Shown: one piece after another, positions 40,403-50,173 of the stretch
Numbering within the stretch: position 1 is the first letter of the stretch
Layout: every line of letters starts with the position of its first letter
Source of the DNA: Nitrospirota bacterium
GTDB taxonomy: Bacteria > Nitrospirota > UBA9217
Direction: 5' to 3'
NCBI GenBank assembly: GCA_963740085.1
Contig: CAVUCU010000005.1
Coordinates: forward strand, 453,731-517,730
DNA length: 64,000 nt
Position numbers and translations under genes: made by a program
Notes under the pieces: model-generated
The model's database searches: none
Told to the model about the DNA's origin: nothing
What the model saw: only the letters and a program-made list of their open reading frames with translations

Positions 40403-42478
40403 CTATTCCATCGCTTTCAACCGTTCTATCTCCTCTTTGATCATGACCTCCGCAAGCTGAGGGACCGTTTCCCAGGCCACTTTTTCGATCACTTCCCGTG
40501 CGACTTCCCGTGCGATCGTCTTGACCGCTTCCTCGATCCCTTTCCGCACCGTGTCCTCGGAGATCTTCGGAATGGGCGGCGTCATGTCGCTGAATATTTC
40601 CAGCGCCATCCGGGAGACTGTCTCTTCGGCAATCGTCCTCAGTTCGCTCCTGGAAAGCGACGTTGAATTCGAAACGGCCTTTTTTTCGAGTGCCTCGTCC
40701 ACCGACTTCGCCGCCACTTGTTCGACCATGCTCCTCAGCGTATCGTCGGACCGCCCGGAAGCCTGCGCCCACGGCTGCCTTTCAAAGAACTCTCTTGCGA
40801 TCCTCTCGACGGCCTCGTCGGCCACACTCCACATATCGCTCGCGGAAAGGGCGGACGGACCGGCAGCGGGCATCTTTTCCAACGTCTCTTTTGTCATGCT
40901 CGAGACCTTTGCCTCCACCATGGCGTGAAGGGTCTCATCGGAAATCTGCGGGGATTGCATTAAAGGCTGTCTGTCAAAATATTCCCGCGCAATCCTCTCG
41001 ACGGCTTCTTCAGATACGCTCCACATATCACTCGCGGTAAGGGCCGGTGAGGTGACGGGCAGCGACTGCGCTGCGGTCGCGGCCATCTTGCTCGCGACTT
41101 CTTCTGCAACCATGGCGCGAAGGGTCTCGGGCGAGACCTGCGGCTGGACCGGAGGGATCTGGGCGACGATGTTCTTCGCAGCGTGGGCGACAACCTCTTC
41201 CGCTATGCCCCGTGCCTCGCTTGCCGAAAGTGTCAAAGGCTGCGGCAGGGCAGCCAGGGTCTCATTTGTTTTGCGCGTGACTTCTTCCGCAACCATGGCG
41301 CGAAGGGTCTCGGGCGAGATCTGCGGCTGGACCTTGGGAATTATGGCAACGATGTCTTTTGCCATTCCGGCAACAAGATCTTCAGCTATTTTACGCGCCT
41401 CGGCCGCAGTGAGTGACGGCACTTGCGGTTGCGGCGCCGGCATCCTTGCCAGGGCATCTTTCGTCAAACTGGAGACTTTTTCCTCTACCATGGCGCGAAG
41501 GGTGTCATCGGAAATCTTCGGCGGCTGAACCGGTGGAAGTTTGGCGAACACTTCCCGGGCCATCTTTGCTATGGAATCTTCCGCCATCCTGCGCATTTCA
41601 GTCTCAGACAACGTCGGAATCTGGACCGCGGGCTGGGCGGGTGGCTGAGGCGAAGGACTTGGGGTTCCGGGCCTGAATACGTCCTGCTTATCGGCCTCCG
41701 GGGTGGCCGTTTCAAAGGAGTCAAAGCTGATGCTACCGGGTTGGGGCCCCTCTGTCTCCTTGTTCAGGCCCAGCCCAGTACGCATCTCTTCCACGGCCTT
41801 GGCGCCGACCGGCAGCACCTTTGCCACTTCGCGGGTAAGCGGTTCTTCAACCTCTTCCACGACGGGCTCAACTTCGTATACCGTATCTTCTTCGGTTGAT
41901 GCGGCTGCTCGCGCGAGGTCTGCCGGAGAAGGGGCTTCGCTGATAATATCAAAAATATCCGCGGGTGCGGCCTTTTTTGGTTTGAGTGGTGCCGCGGCTG
42001 GAGGTGGTGCCGCTGGTGGTGCCGATTGGAATGCCGCCGGGGGTACCGGAGGTTCTGGTGCTGCCGGCTGGCACGCGATGGAAGGCGCGGCCTCAGCACT
42101 CCGTGGCGGGGCTTCGGCAAGTGCCTTTTTCACTTTCCCGATAAGTTCCTGGGACTCAAAGGGCTTGGCAATGTTGTCGAGGATCCCGGCCTGCTTTCCC
42201 TTTGCATCGTCGTACACATCGTCCCTGCTCATCATGAGAATGACCGGCGTCTGCGCAAGCTGAGGGATCTGTTTCATCCGCGACGCAAAGGAATAGCCGT
42301 CGATGCGCGGTAAATCCACGTCCACCAGCACCACATCGGGAACGACCCGCGTCGCATCGTTCAGAGCCGTCTCGCCATCGCTCGCGCAAATGATTTCATA
42401 GTCTCTTCCCGAAAAAAGCATTTCCACCACTTTCTGGATTGTGATGCTCTTGTCGGCTAACAATATTTTAACGGGCAT
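40403..42478 (-). CDS. RomR-like response regulator with expanded internal repeats
   Basis: N-terminal REC, Pro-rich linker, C-terminal EKVAWETVPQLAEVMIKEEIERL; directly upstream of valS. Confidence 0.75.
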   Translation of the reverse strand: MPVKILLADKSITIQKVVEMLFSGRDYEIICASDGETALNDATRVVPDVVLVDVDLPRIDGYSFASRMKQIPQLAQTPVILMMSRDDVYDDAKGKQAGILDNIAKPFESQELIGKVKKALAEAPPRSAEAAPSIACQPAAPEPPVPPAAFQSAPPAAPPPAAAPLKPKKAAPADIFDIISEAPSPADLARAAASTEEDTVYEVEPVVEEVEEPLTREVAKVLPVGAKAVEEMRTGLGLNKETEGPQPGSISFDSFETATPEADKQDVFRPGTPSPSPQPPAQPAVQIPTLSETEMRRMAEDSIAKMAREVFAKLPPVQPPKISDDTLRAMVEEKVSSLTKDALARMPAPQPQVPSLTAAEARKIAEDLVAGMAKDIVAIIPKVQPQISPETLRAMVAEEVTRKTNETLAALPQPLTLSASEARGIAEEVVAHAAKNIVAQIPPVQPQVSPETLRAMVAEEVASKMAATAAQSLPVTSPALTASDMWSVSEEAVERIAREYFDRQPLMQSPQISDETLHAMVEAKVSSMTKETLEKMPAAGPSALSASDMWSVADEAVERIAREFFERQPWAQASGRSDDTLRSMVEQVAAKSVDEALEKKAVSNSTSLSRSELRTIAEETVSRMALEIFSDMTPPIPKISEDTVRKGIEEAVKTIAREVAREVIEKVAWETVPQLAEVMIKEEIERLKAME
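40530..41620 (-). repeat. Six ~62-aa imperfect tandem repeats inside the RomR-like gene
   Basis: Recurrent L[ST]x[ST]E/DxxxxAEE..PQISxETLRAMV units; boundaries approximate. Confidence 0.8.
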
Positions 42479-42739
42479 GGAGCAGCCTTTCAAAATCGAA
42501 AATTTCCGCGGTGCTCAAGCATGTTAAAAAAATTAACACATTTCTCTGGGTGTGTCAAGTTTTCGTTTTATTTTTCTTCATGTTATGGCCTCAGACGCCC
42601 TGCGGGACAACGGCCTGCCGCTTCCGCCGGATCGGGCCCGCGGTGAGCGGAATGAACATGCTCTTTTCCACCTGAATGCTCCCCCGGGTGGTCTTCCAAG
42701 GTAACCGTCAGCTCCTGGACATCTCCCGGAGCTTCCTCA

Positions 42740-42960
42740 GGCTTTCCCATCGTCAACAAGCTCTGGAACTTCGCGAGCACGGCCTCGTTCCCCGGCACGA
42801 TCAGGTGCTTGAACCTGCCCTGGGGCCTGAGCCACCCGGAAATCGGATTTTTCCTGTCCTTGGGATCGAAGTTGATGGTCCATTTTCCGTCCTGGACCTC
42901 ATACAGCGGCCGGTAGCACGTCGCGAGAGCAGGATCGAACGGTGATTTCGATCAATCGAA
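42740..42960 (-). pseudogene. 3' remnant of a pyruvate:ferredoxin oxidoreductase beta subunit
   Basis: Manual translation LATCYRPLYEVQDGKWTINFDPKDRKNPISGWLRPQGRFKHL; no N-terminal TPP domain present. Confidence 0.65.
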
Positions 42961-42961
42961 A

Positions 42962-43520
42962 CTATTCACCAGTTCCGCTTGAAACATGCAGCCCCTCATA
43001 TCCCTTCATGAGGATGTCCTTGTTGACCTTGAGCAGTTCCCTCCGGTGAGCGGGGGTGATCTCGTCAAGCGCGCTGAGCAATGATTTGATATCGACGATG
43101 CCGGTAGCAGCGATGAACGCACCCATCAAGGCCATGTTCGCGAGGCTCGCACTGTTCATGGATGAAGCGATGGCGCCGGCAGCGGTCGCGACGAGCCTGA
43201 TGCCGTCCCTGGGTGTTGCGGATCGTATCTGCGATGAATCATAGATCAGGATGCCGCCGGGAGGACAGTTTCTCCACGAAGCGCCGATAGGAATCATCGT
43301 TCATGACCACCAGCACGTCGGGGTTCCCGATGACCGGAGAGCCGATCATGCTGTCCGATATGATGACGGTGCAGTTCGCGGTGCCGCCGCGCATCTCGGC
43401 CCCGTAGGAGGGGAACCAGGTGACCTCCCGGCCTTCAAGCATGGCTGCGTAGGCCAACAGCTTCCCGAAGAACAGCACGCCCTGTCCGCCGGAGCCGGCT
43501 ATGATAATGCGTTTTTCCAT
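42962..43520 (-). CDS. 2-oxoacid:ferredoxin oxidoreductase gamma subunit (one frameshift near 43260)
   Basis: IAGSGGQGV..WFPSYGAEMRGGTANC joined to PGGILIYDSS..ANMALMGA. Confidence 0.9.
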
Positions 43521-43541
43521 AAGAGTACAGGTCCCGCCTGC

Positions 43542-44279
43542 TTACCGGACATCCTTGAACACACCGAGCTTGAACACGTCCATCATCTTCTCACGCAGCC
43601 AGATGGTGGCTTGCGCGGGGGTCATCTTCCAGCTGGTGGGGCAGGCGGAGAGGATCTCGATCATGCTGAAGCCCTTGTTCTCCATCTGGAGGCGGAAGGA
43701 ATTCTCAATGAGCCCCCGGGTGATCTTCACGTTTGCGGGTGAATCTATCGAGGTCCTGGCGATCAGCGACGGGCCTTCGAGCGTGGCAAGCATCTCCGCC
43801 ATGTGAAGCGGGTAGCCCGCTGCGATGCCGTCCCTGCCGTTCGGCGTCGTGGTGGTGGTCTGCCCCAGAAGGGTTGTCGGCGCCATCTGTCCGCCGGTCA
43901 TGCCGTACGTGGCATTGTTGATGAAGAAGACCGAGATGTTCTCCCCGCGGTTGGCGGCGTGAATGATCTCCCCGAGCCCGATCGCGGCCAGATCGCCGTC
44001 GCCCTGATAGGAGAACACGATGCTGTCGGGACGCACCCGCTTCATGCCGGTGGCGGCGGCAGGCGGCCTGCCGTGGGCCGCTTCGAGCATGTCGAAATTG
44101 AAATACTCATGGGCAAAGACAGCGCATCCGACGGGTGCGATGCCGATGGTGCGCTCACGGATGTTCAGCTCGTCGATCACCTCGGCGATCAGGCGGTGGA
44201 TGATGGTGTGCCCGCAGCCGGGACAGTAGCGGAATGGGGTATTCTTGAGGCACCGGGGCCTGTCAACGGTCTTTTTCAT
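43542..44279 (-). CDS. 2-oxoacid:ferredoxin oxidoreductase beta (TPP-binding) subunit
   Basis: YCPGCGH, HGR, QGDGDLAAIG, NNATYGMTGGQMAPT. Confidence 0.93.
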   Translation of the reverse strand: MKKTVDRPRCLKNTPFRYCPGCGHTIIHRLIAEVIDELNIRERTIGIAPVGCAVFAHEYFNFDMLEAAHGRPPAAATGMKRVRPDSIVFSYQGDGDLAAIGLGEIIHAANRGENISVFFINNATYGMTGGQMAPTTLLGQTTTTTPNGRDGIAAGYPLHMAEMLATLEGPSLIARTSIDSPANVKITRGLIENSFRLQMENKGFSMIEILSACPTSWKMTPAQATIWLREKMMDVFKLGVFKDVR

Positions 44280-45334
44280 CCTTTCTCCTTTACTGCGACC
44301 TTCAGCTGTTCATACAACTCTTCCGGTGTGATGATCGCGCCGCCGGGCCGCCCGTAGAACAGGACCTCTGACCTGCCGTTGACCGCCAGCCGCACGTCCT
44401 CCACCATCTGGCCGGCATTCAATTCAACGGTCATGAACCTCCGGTGTGGTCCCGCCAGTTCCCGCAGTTGCTGTTCAGGGAAGGGGAACAGCGTGATCGG
44501 CCTGAAATGGCCGATCTTCATGCCGTCCTCCCGGAGCATGCGGACCGCGGCAATTGCGATGCGGGCGGCTATCCCGAAGGAGACAACGATCAGCTCGGCG
44601 TCCTCGACGGCATAGGTCTGATACCGGACGTCCCGCATCTTCATGGTGCGATATTTTTCCTGGAGCGCGTTGTTCCGCTGTTCGAGTTCGCCTTCCGCCA
44701 TGTACAGGGACTTGATGACATTGGGCTCTCTGTTCCCGCTGCCGCCGAGGGCCCAGGTCTTCTCGGGCAGACTTGGCCGCATGTAGGGGGTCTGCTCGAC
44801 AGGCTCCATCATCTGCGCCAGGATGCCGTCGCCCAGGATCATCACCGGGGTCCGGTACTCATCCGCCTTGTCGAAGGCGAGCATCGTAAGGTCCCAGAGC
44901 TCCTGCACGCTGAAGGGCGCGTAGACGAGCATCCGGTAATCCCCGTGCCCGCCTCCCTTGACCGCCTGAAAATAGTCGGCCTGACTGGCCGAGATATTGC
45001 CGAGGCCGGGGCCTCCCCGCTGCATATTGACGATCACGGCGGGGAGTTCGGCTCCTGCCAGGAACGATATGCCTTCCTGCTTCAAGCTGATCCCGGGACT
45101 GCTCGACGACGTCATGGCGCGGGCCCCGCAGGCGGACGCACCGTAGACCATATTGATCGCGGCCACTTCGCTCTCTGCCTGGATGAACGTTCCGCCCGCG
45201 GCAGGCAGTTTTCGCGACAGGTACTCGGGGATCTCGTTCTGGGGCGTTATAGGATAGCCGGCGTAGAAGCTGCATCCCGCCTGAATCGCAGCCTCGGCAA
45301 GGGCCTCGTTCCCCTTCATAAGCACTTTTTCCAT
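44276..45334 (-). CDS. vorB: 2-oxoacid:ferredoxin oxidoreductase alpha subunit (VorB-like)
   Basis: MKGNEALAEAA..GYPITPQ, QAESE, TSSSSPGISLKQE, GGGHGDY. Confidence 0.9.
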   Translation of the reverse strand: MEKVLMKGNEALAEAAIQAGCSFYAGYPITPQNEIPEYLSRKLPAAGGTFIQAESEVAAINMVYGASACGARAMTSSSSPGISLKQEGISFLAGAELPAVIVNMQRGGPGLGNISASQADYFQAVKGGGHGDYRMLVYAPFSVQELWDLTMLAFDKADEYRTPVMILGDGILAQMMEPVEQTPYMRPSLPEKTWALGGSGNREPNVIKSLYMAEGELEQRNNALQEKYRTMKMRDVRYQTYAVEDAELIVVSFGIAARIAIAAVRMLREDGMKIGHFRPITLFPFPEQQLRELAGPHRRFMTVELNAGQMVEDVRLAVNGRSEVLFYGRPGGAIITPEELYEQLKVAVKEKG

Positions 45335-45513
45335 GGGGAACATTATATCATGTTTTGGTTCAGTAACAAAAGAAGAATATGCGGGAACGTCTCATAAAGG
45401 GGGCTGCTGATAAAAAAATGGAGCATTACCGGATGAAATTCATAAGGGCCGCTCCGGGGACATGCGGTGGCCGGGTAAAGGCTTCTGCCTTTCCCGACAC
45501 CCCTGCCGTCTCC

Positions 45514-46710
45514 TCACCTCAACTTCTTCGCCACGCGGTCGATGAATTCCTCGGTAGTCGCGTATCCCGCCGGCTTCGGCTCCGCGATCGCGGCAAGGTC
45601 CTTCGTCATCACGCCGCCTTCGATGAGATCGATCACCACTGCCTCGAGGTTCTTCGCGAAGGCCACGACCTCCGGCGTTTTGTCCAGCTCTCCGCGCCGC
45701 GCAATGGCGCCGGTCCAGGCGAAGATGGACGCCACGGAATTCGTTGACGTGGGGTTGCCCTTCAGGTGTTCGTAGTAATGCCGCATCACCGTGCCGTGCG
45801 CGGCCTCAAACACATACTTTCCCTCGGGCGAGACCAGCACCGAGGTCATCAGCCCCATGCTGCCGAAGCCCGAGGCGATCATATCGCTCATCACGTCGCC
45901 GTCATAGTTCATGCACGCCCAGAGCATGCCGCCTTCCGCCTTCATGATCTGCGCGACCGCGTCGTCGATCAGCATGTAGCGGTACGTGACCCCCGCCCCC
46001 GCAAGGTCCGCCTTGCGGGCCGCGGCCTCCTGGTCGAAGACCTCTTTAAAAAACCCGTGATACGTCTTGGAGATGGTGTCCTTGGCGCCGAACCAGAGTT
46101 CGCATTTGTCGCCGATGCTGTAATTGATGCAGGCCCGCGCAAAGCTCCGGATGGATTTCTCCGTGTTATGCATGCCCATGATCACGCCCGGCCCCGTAAA
46201 CTCGTGCACGACGAGCGAAACCCTCTCCGTGCCCGCGGCGGGTGTGAAGAGCAGCTCCGCCTTGCCCGGCCCCGGCACCTTATACTCGACCGACTTGTAG
46301 ATATCGCCGTAGGCGTGCCTGCCGATGCTGATCGGCCTTTTCCAGCTCCGCACCGCCGGAGGTATGTTCTTCACGATAATGGGCTTGCGGAATACCGTGC
46401 CGTCGAGGATGGAGCGGATCGTGCCGTTCGGGCTCTTCCATGCCTGCTTGAGGTTGTACTCCTTCACCCGCCCCGCGTTCGGTGTGATGGTCGCGCACTT
46501 CACGCCCACGCCGTGCTCGATGACGGCCTTCGCCGCGTCTATCGTGACGGCATCATCGGTCTCGTCCCGGTGCCTGATGCCGAGGTCGAAATAGTTGAGG
46601 TCCATGTTCAGGTGCGGCGCGAGCAATTTGTCCTTGATCATCTTCCAGATGATGCGCGTCATCTCGTCGCCGTCCATCTCCACGATGGGGCCCTTCACCG
46701 TAATCGTCAC
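45514..46710 (-). CDS. icd: NADP-dependent isocitrate dehydrogenase
   Basis: [40 protein letters not shown]; GTG start 46710 with AGGAG. Confidence 0.96.
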   Translation of the reverse strand: MTITVKGPIVEMDGDEMTRIIWKMIKDKLLAPHLNMDLNYFDLGIRHRDETDDAVTIDAAKAVIEHGVGVKCATITPNAGRVKEYNLKQAWKSPNGTIRSILDGTVFRKPIIVKNIPPAVRSWKRPISIGRHAYGDIYKSVEYKVPGPGKAELLFTPAAGTERVSLVVHEFTGPGVIMGMHNTEKSIRSFARACINYSIGDKCELWFGAKDTISKTYHGFFKEVFDQEAAARKADLAGAGVTYRYMLIDDAVAQIMKAEGGMLWACMNYDGDVMSDMIASGFGSMGLMTSVLVSPEGKYVFEAAHGTVMRHYYEHLKGNPTSTNSVASIFAWTGAIARRGELDKTPEVVAFAKNLEAVVIDLIEGGVMTKDLAAIAEPKPAGYATTEEFIDRVAKKLR

Positions 46711-46866
46711 AATAGGTGCTCCTTGATGAGGTCTGGTTTTAAAGCGTGATTCGGAGGGAATTGTAATGCGCCGGGGTGGAATTGTCAACAGAACAATCCT
46801 TTCGCATGGGCTGAAGAGGGAAGGAATCTTCTCCGCGCATTCGCTGAAGTTAACTTCACCTCCACC

Positions 46867-47049
46867 TTACGGTTTGATATAGGCATTGAGGCCGATAATG
46901 ACCGGCTTGTCGTTTACCTTGGCGGTGGTGACGATATTCCCCCTCGTGCTCGCAACGACAAGCGTTTTGCCGGATGCCGACGGGGTCGGCGTTTCCAGAT
47001 CGATCTCGAGATAAAGCTTGTTGTCCCTGATCTCAACTTTCATTGCCAT
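46867..47049 (-). CDS. Small hypothetical protein
   Basis: MAMKVEIRDNKLYLEIDLETPTPSASGKTLVVASTRGN..GLNAY with AAGGAG RBS. Confidence 0.75.
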   Translation of the reverse strand: MAMKVEIRDNKLYLEIDLETPTPSASGKTLVVASTRGNIVTTAKVNDKPVIIGLNAYIKP

Positions 47050-47111
47050 GGCTCTTTCTCCTTTTCTGATCGCGACATGAGGCCGGGGCATGACTGAAAC
47101 AACATCGCCTT

Positions 47112-47450
47112 CTACAGCAGGGGGAAACCGGTCTTCGAATTCACCAGGTCTTTTACAACCTTGAGGGCAGCGTTCAGTGCGGCCTGCACGGCGACCGCGG
47201 ACATGCCCTCAACCGCGGTCAATACCGCCGATGCCGCAACTTTTTGCTGATTCAGAAGTATCTTCGCTTCGGCCCTGCTTATCTTGTTTTCCGCGCGGGC
47301 TTCAATGATCATCCGCAGGGTGATGGCCAGCTTTTCACTTTCCGCCTGCAAATATAGCTGCACGGAAGCAAACCTGTTTCCCAGGGAACTCTTTGCAGCT
47401 GCAAACATTTTGTCTTCGAGATTTGCAAGCGTGACGGTATCTCTTGCCAT
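47112..47450 (-). CDS. Hypothetical helical protein
   Basis: 112-aa ORF with GGAGG RBS, directly after the lipoprotein gene. Confidence 0.65.
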   Translation of the reverse strand: MARDTVTLANLEDKMFAAAKSSLGNRFASVQLYLQAESEKLAITLRMIIEARAENKISRAEAKILLNQQKVAASAVLTAVEGMSAVAVQAALNAALKVVKDLVNSKTGFPLL

Positions 47451-47464
47451 GGCCTGATCCTCCG

Positions 47465-47974
47465 TTACCTGCCGCCCTGCTTTTTGGAGATCTCAAGGCT
47501 GAGGGCCGCCGAGATGGCCTGGTTAATATTGAACCGGCTGATCGCCAGGGCAATGGCTGACGGCCCCTTGCCCCTGTTTGCCCGCATGCAGTGGAGATCG
47601 CGAAGGCTGTTCCCATCCGCCGTGCATTTGCCCTCGCCGAGGATCACCAACCGGACCTTTTTGAAAAGATCGATCGTCTTGCCATTCCCCGGGATCGCGT
47701 TCACGCGAAACTCGAGGCGGCGCAGCTGCTGGTCGATGTCACGATAAAAATCCTGGTGCCGGCTGAATGCGGCCTTTTTCGTCCCGGATTGCGCGATCAG
47801 CGTTTCGATGAAATCATCGGTCTTTTGCTGGATGGTCGTCAGGCTTTTATCCGTCACTTCGTCATAGTCGGAAATAAGCTTGACTTCCGCGCACCCGGCC
47901 AGCAGGACCGCGCAAAGCACGGCGATCCAATATGTCAGGACCTTTTTTCTCGACAAAGTCATCCCCTTCATCAT
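47465..47974 (-). CDS. Hypothetical lipoprotein
   Basis: Lipobox LLAGC, GGAGGA RBS before ATG 47974. Confidence 0.7.
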   Translation of the reverse strand: MMKGMTLSRKKVLTYWIAVLCAVLLAGCAEVKLISDYDEVTDKSLTTIQQKTDDFIETLIAQSGTKKAAFSRHQDFYRDIDQQLRRLEFRVNAIPGNGKTIDLFKKVRLVILGEGKCTADGNSLRDLHCMRANRGKGPSAIALAISRFNINQAISAALSLEISKKQGGR

Positions 47975-48048
47975 GTCCTCCTGCACGCGACGGTGCAACA
48001 ACGGCCCCTCTTCTCTCCGGAGAGCGAAATCGCGCGGCCGTCTTTATG

Positions 48049-48873
48049 TCACACCGCTTTCTTCCTGGCTCTGAAAAGGGCACCTTCGGTGTAGGGAGAA
48101 GTTCGGAAACCCGTCATGCCGGTGAACAGTATGTCGGCAAAGCCCGCCTTCCGAAGCATCAGGAGCTGGTCCCCGACCGGGACCGCGCCGCCGATTCATT
48201 GCGACCATGCCTCGGCGCTGCCTGCCATGCCCTGGGGCAGTTCCTGCTCCGTCACCACATCGGCGAAACCAAACCAGCCCCCCGGTTTCAGCGACCGGTT
48301 GATCTCGCAAAACAAGGTCTCTTTATCCGGCGAGAGATTGATAACGCCGTTCGAGATGACCGCATCAAAGGTGTTGTCCTTGAAAGGCAGACGTTCCGAC
48401 GCCACTTGCAGGACCTCGGCATTTGCAATGCCTGCCCGTTGGATATTGTCGCACGCCCTCGCCACCATGGCCTCGGTCAGATCGACACCATATACCCTGC
48501 CGTTGGGCCCGGTCAATCGCGACGCGATGTACAGGTCAAAGCCCGCGCCGCAGCCGACGTCGAGGATGATCGTTCCCGGCCGGATCGGGAACAGGGAAAA
48601 GGGATTGCCCACTCCGCAAAAGGATTCGAGCAGGTCGGGAAGGGCAGCGTCGATGAGCGCGGGATCATACTTCAGCGCGCGTGCGCCCTCCCGGCCCGTA
48701 GGGTAGGCGAACTTTCCCGAAGCCGACTGTGCAACCTCGGAATACTTGCTCCGCACCGCGCTCCTGATCTCTTCCGGCAACAGCCCCGTTTGCTGCAGTC
48801 CCGGCTGTCGGCACCCACCGGTGCCGCTCGATGGCGCTCAGACCGGACCGAGAATGTGTTTCTGTTCTTCCAT
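48049..48873 (-). CDS. ArsM-like SAM methyltransferase, putative selenoprotein with two Sec (274 aa)
   Basis: ATG 48873 with GAGGTG RBS; in-frame TGA at 48840-48838 and 48198-48196; FCGVGNPF, LDVGCGAGFD, ISNGVINL; coding-like continuation AWSQ-U-IGGA..TSPYTEGALFRARK. Confidence 0.85.
48168..48184 (-). promoter_or_regulatory. Bacterial SECIS-like hairpin for the C-terminal UGA
   Basis: 11 nt after UGA: GGUCCC-GGUCG-GGGACC; possible lower stem AUCGG/CUGAU. Confidence 0.8.
48809..48826 (-). promoter_or_regulatory. Bacterial SECIS-like hairpin for the N-terminal UGA
   Basis: 11 nt after UGA: CGGCACC-GGUG-GGUGCCG, perfect 7-bp stem with a GGU-led loop. Confidence 0.7.
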
Positions 48874-49130
48874 GGATCACCTCACCGTTTGTCAACCGTG
48901 CACGTTCAGGCGCTGAGGTTTCTTGAAATTGATTGACAAGACATTGTAAAGGAGTTTGAAGACCTCCCTCATGGTACCTTTAACCGGTCTGATTATAGCA
49001 CGTGTTGAGGGTCCTGTCTTCAACCACTTCTCGTAAAATTTTCAGGGACGCCCGATCGCATCACGTCGTGCTAGAATTAGAACAAGAGTATTTGGCGCAT
49101 GAGATGGTCAGTGAAAAGGGAGGTGTTATT

Positions 49131-49769
49131 ATGAAAGTCGGCATACTCGGATCAGGAGTAGTAGCACAGGTCTTGGCGGGCGGTTTCCTGAAGCACGGGC
49201 ATGAGGTCATGCTGGGAACCCGCGACCAGGACAAACTTGCGGAATGGAAGACTAAGAACCCTAAAGCCCGCGTCGCCAGCTTCGCTGAAGCGGCGGCCCA
49301 CGGTGAACTGGTGGTCCTCGCGGTCAAAGGCACGGCGGCAGCGGAAGCCCTTCTTGCAGCGGGCCCCGCCACCCTGGCGGGCAAAGTGGTCATGGATGTG
49401 ACGAACCCGATCGCAGACCTTCCCCCGGAGAACGGCGTGATCCGGTTCTTCACCGATCTTAACGAGTCGCTGATGGAGCGCCTCCAGAAGGAATTTCCCG
49501 CGGTCCGGTTCGTCAAGGCCTTCAATTCCGTGGGAAACGCGGGCATGATCAACCCCTCGTTCGCAGGCGGGAAGCCGACGATGTTCCTGTGCGGCAATGA
49601 TGACGCTGCCAAGAAGATTGTCATCAGGATCATTGAACAATTCGGATGGGAGCCCGAGGACATGGGCAAGGCGGAAGGGGCGCGTGCAATAGAACCGCTC
49701 TGCATGCTCTGGTGCATTCCCGGTTTTCTCAGGAACGACTGGATGCACGCGTTCAAGGTCGTGCGATAG
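49131..49769 (+). CDS. NADP oxidoreductase (F420-dependent NADP reductase family)
   Basis: MKVGILGSG, VVMDVTNP, FVKAFNSVG, ARAIEPL; GGAGGT RBS. Confidence 0.88.
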   Translation: MKVGILGSGVVAQVLAGGFLKHGHEVMLGTRDQDKLAEWKTKNPKARVASFAEAAAHGELVVLAVKGTAAAEALLAAGPATLAGKVVMDVTNPIADLPPENGVIRFFTDLNESLMERLQKEFPAVRFVKAFNSVGNAGMINPSFAGGKPTMFLCGNDDAAKKIVIRIIEQFGWEPEDMGKAEGARAIEPLCMLWCIPGFLRNDWMHAFKVVR

Positions 49770-49825
49770 CGGCAGAAGGAATACGCGAGGGGCTACAGCG
49801 GTACTTTGCGCGGCCGATGTCTTTG

Positions 49826-50074
49826 CTATAGAAGCTTGACCGTTTTTATGCTTTTGACCTTTTCGTACAGTTTTTTGTCCGCGGTCACGAATGTACATTT
49901 GAGCCTCCTGCTGAGTTCAACATAAGCGGCGTCATAGAGGGTTATTTTGTATTTCCCGGACAGGGCAAGGCCACCCTGAAATTCTTCCAAGCCGAGATCG
50001 AACCGTTCGAGAGAGAACTCCCAGAGAAGCGAAAAGGCCTCTGCAATGGCCGCTTCGGAAAGCCGCGTCTTGGC
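49826..50074 (-). pseudogene. 3' remnant of a PIN-domain (VapC-like) toxin
   Basis: Manual translation ..KYKITLYDAAYVELSRRLKCTFVTADKKLYEKV..; in-frame TAA upstream and no N-terminus. Confidence 0.75.
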
Positions 50075-50173
50075 TTACAGGGATCTCTATAGGTCCATCC
50101 AGGACACAACGTCCCCCCTGGCGTTCATAGCACTTGACCCTATAGCCTCCGATCCGACTTCTTCGCGGCCGGA

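Noticed and set aside
43255-43270. Programmed frameshift in the gamma subunit (and in PfpI near 63955)
   Set aside because: No canonical slippery site recognised; consistent with the scattered indel errors in this sequence.
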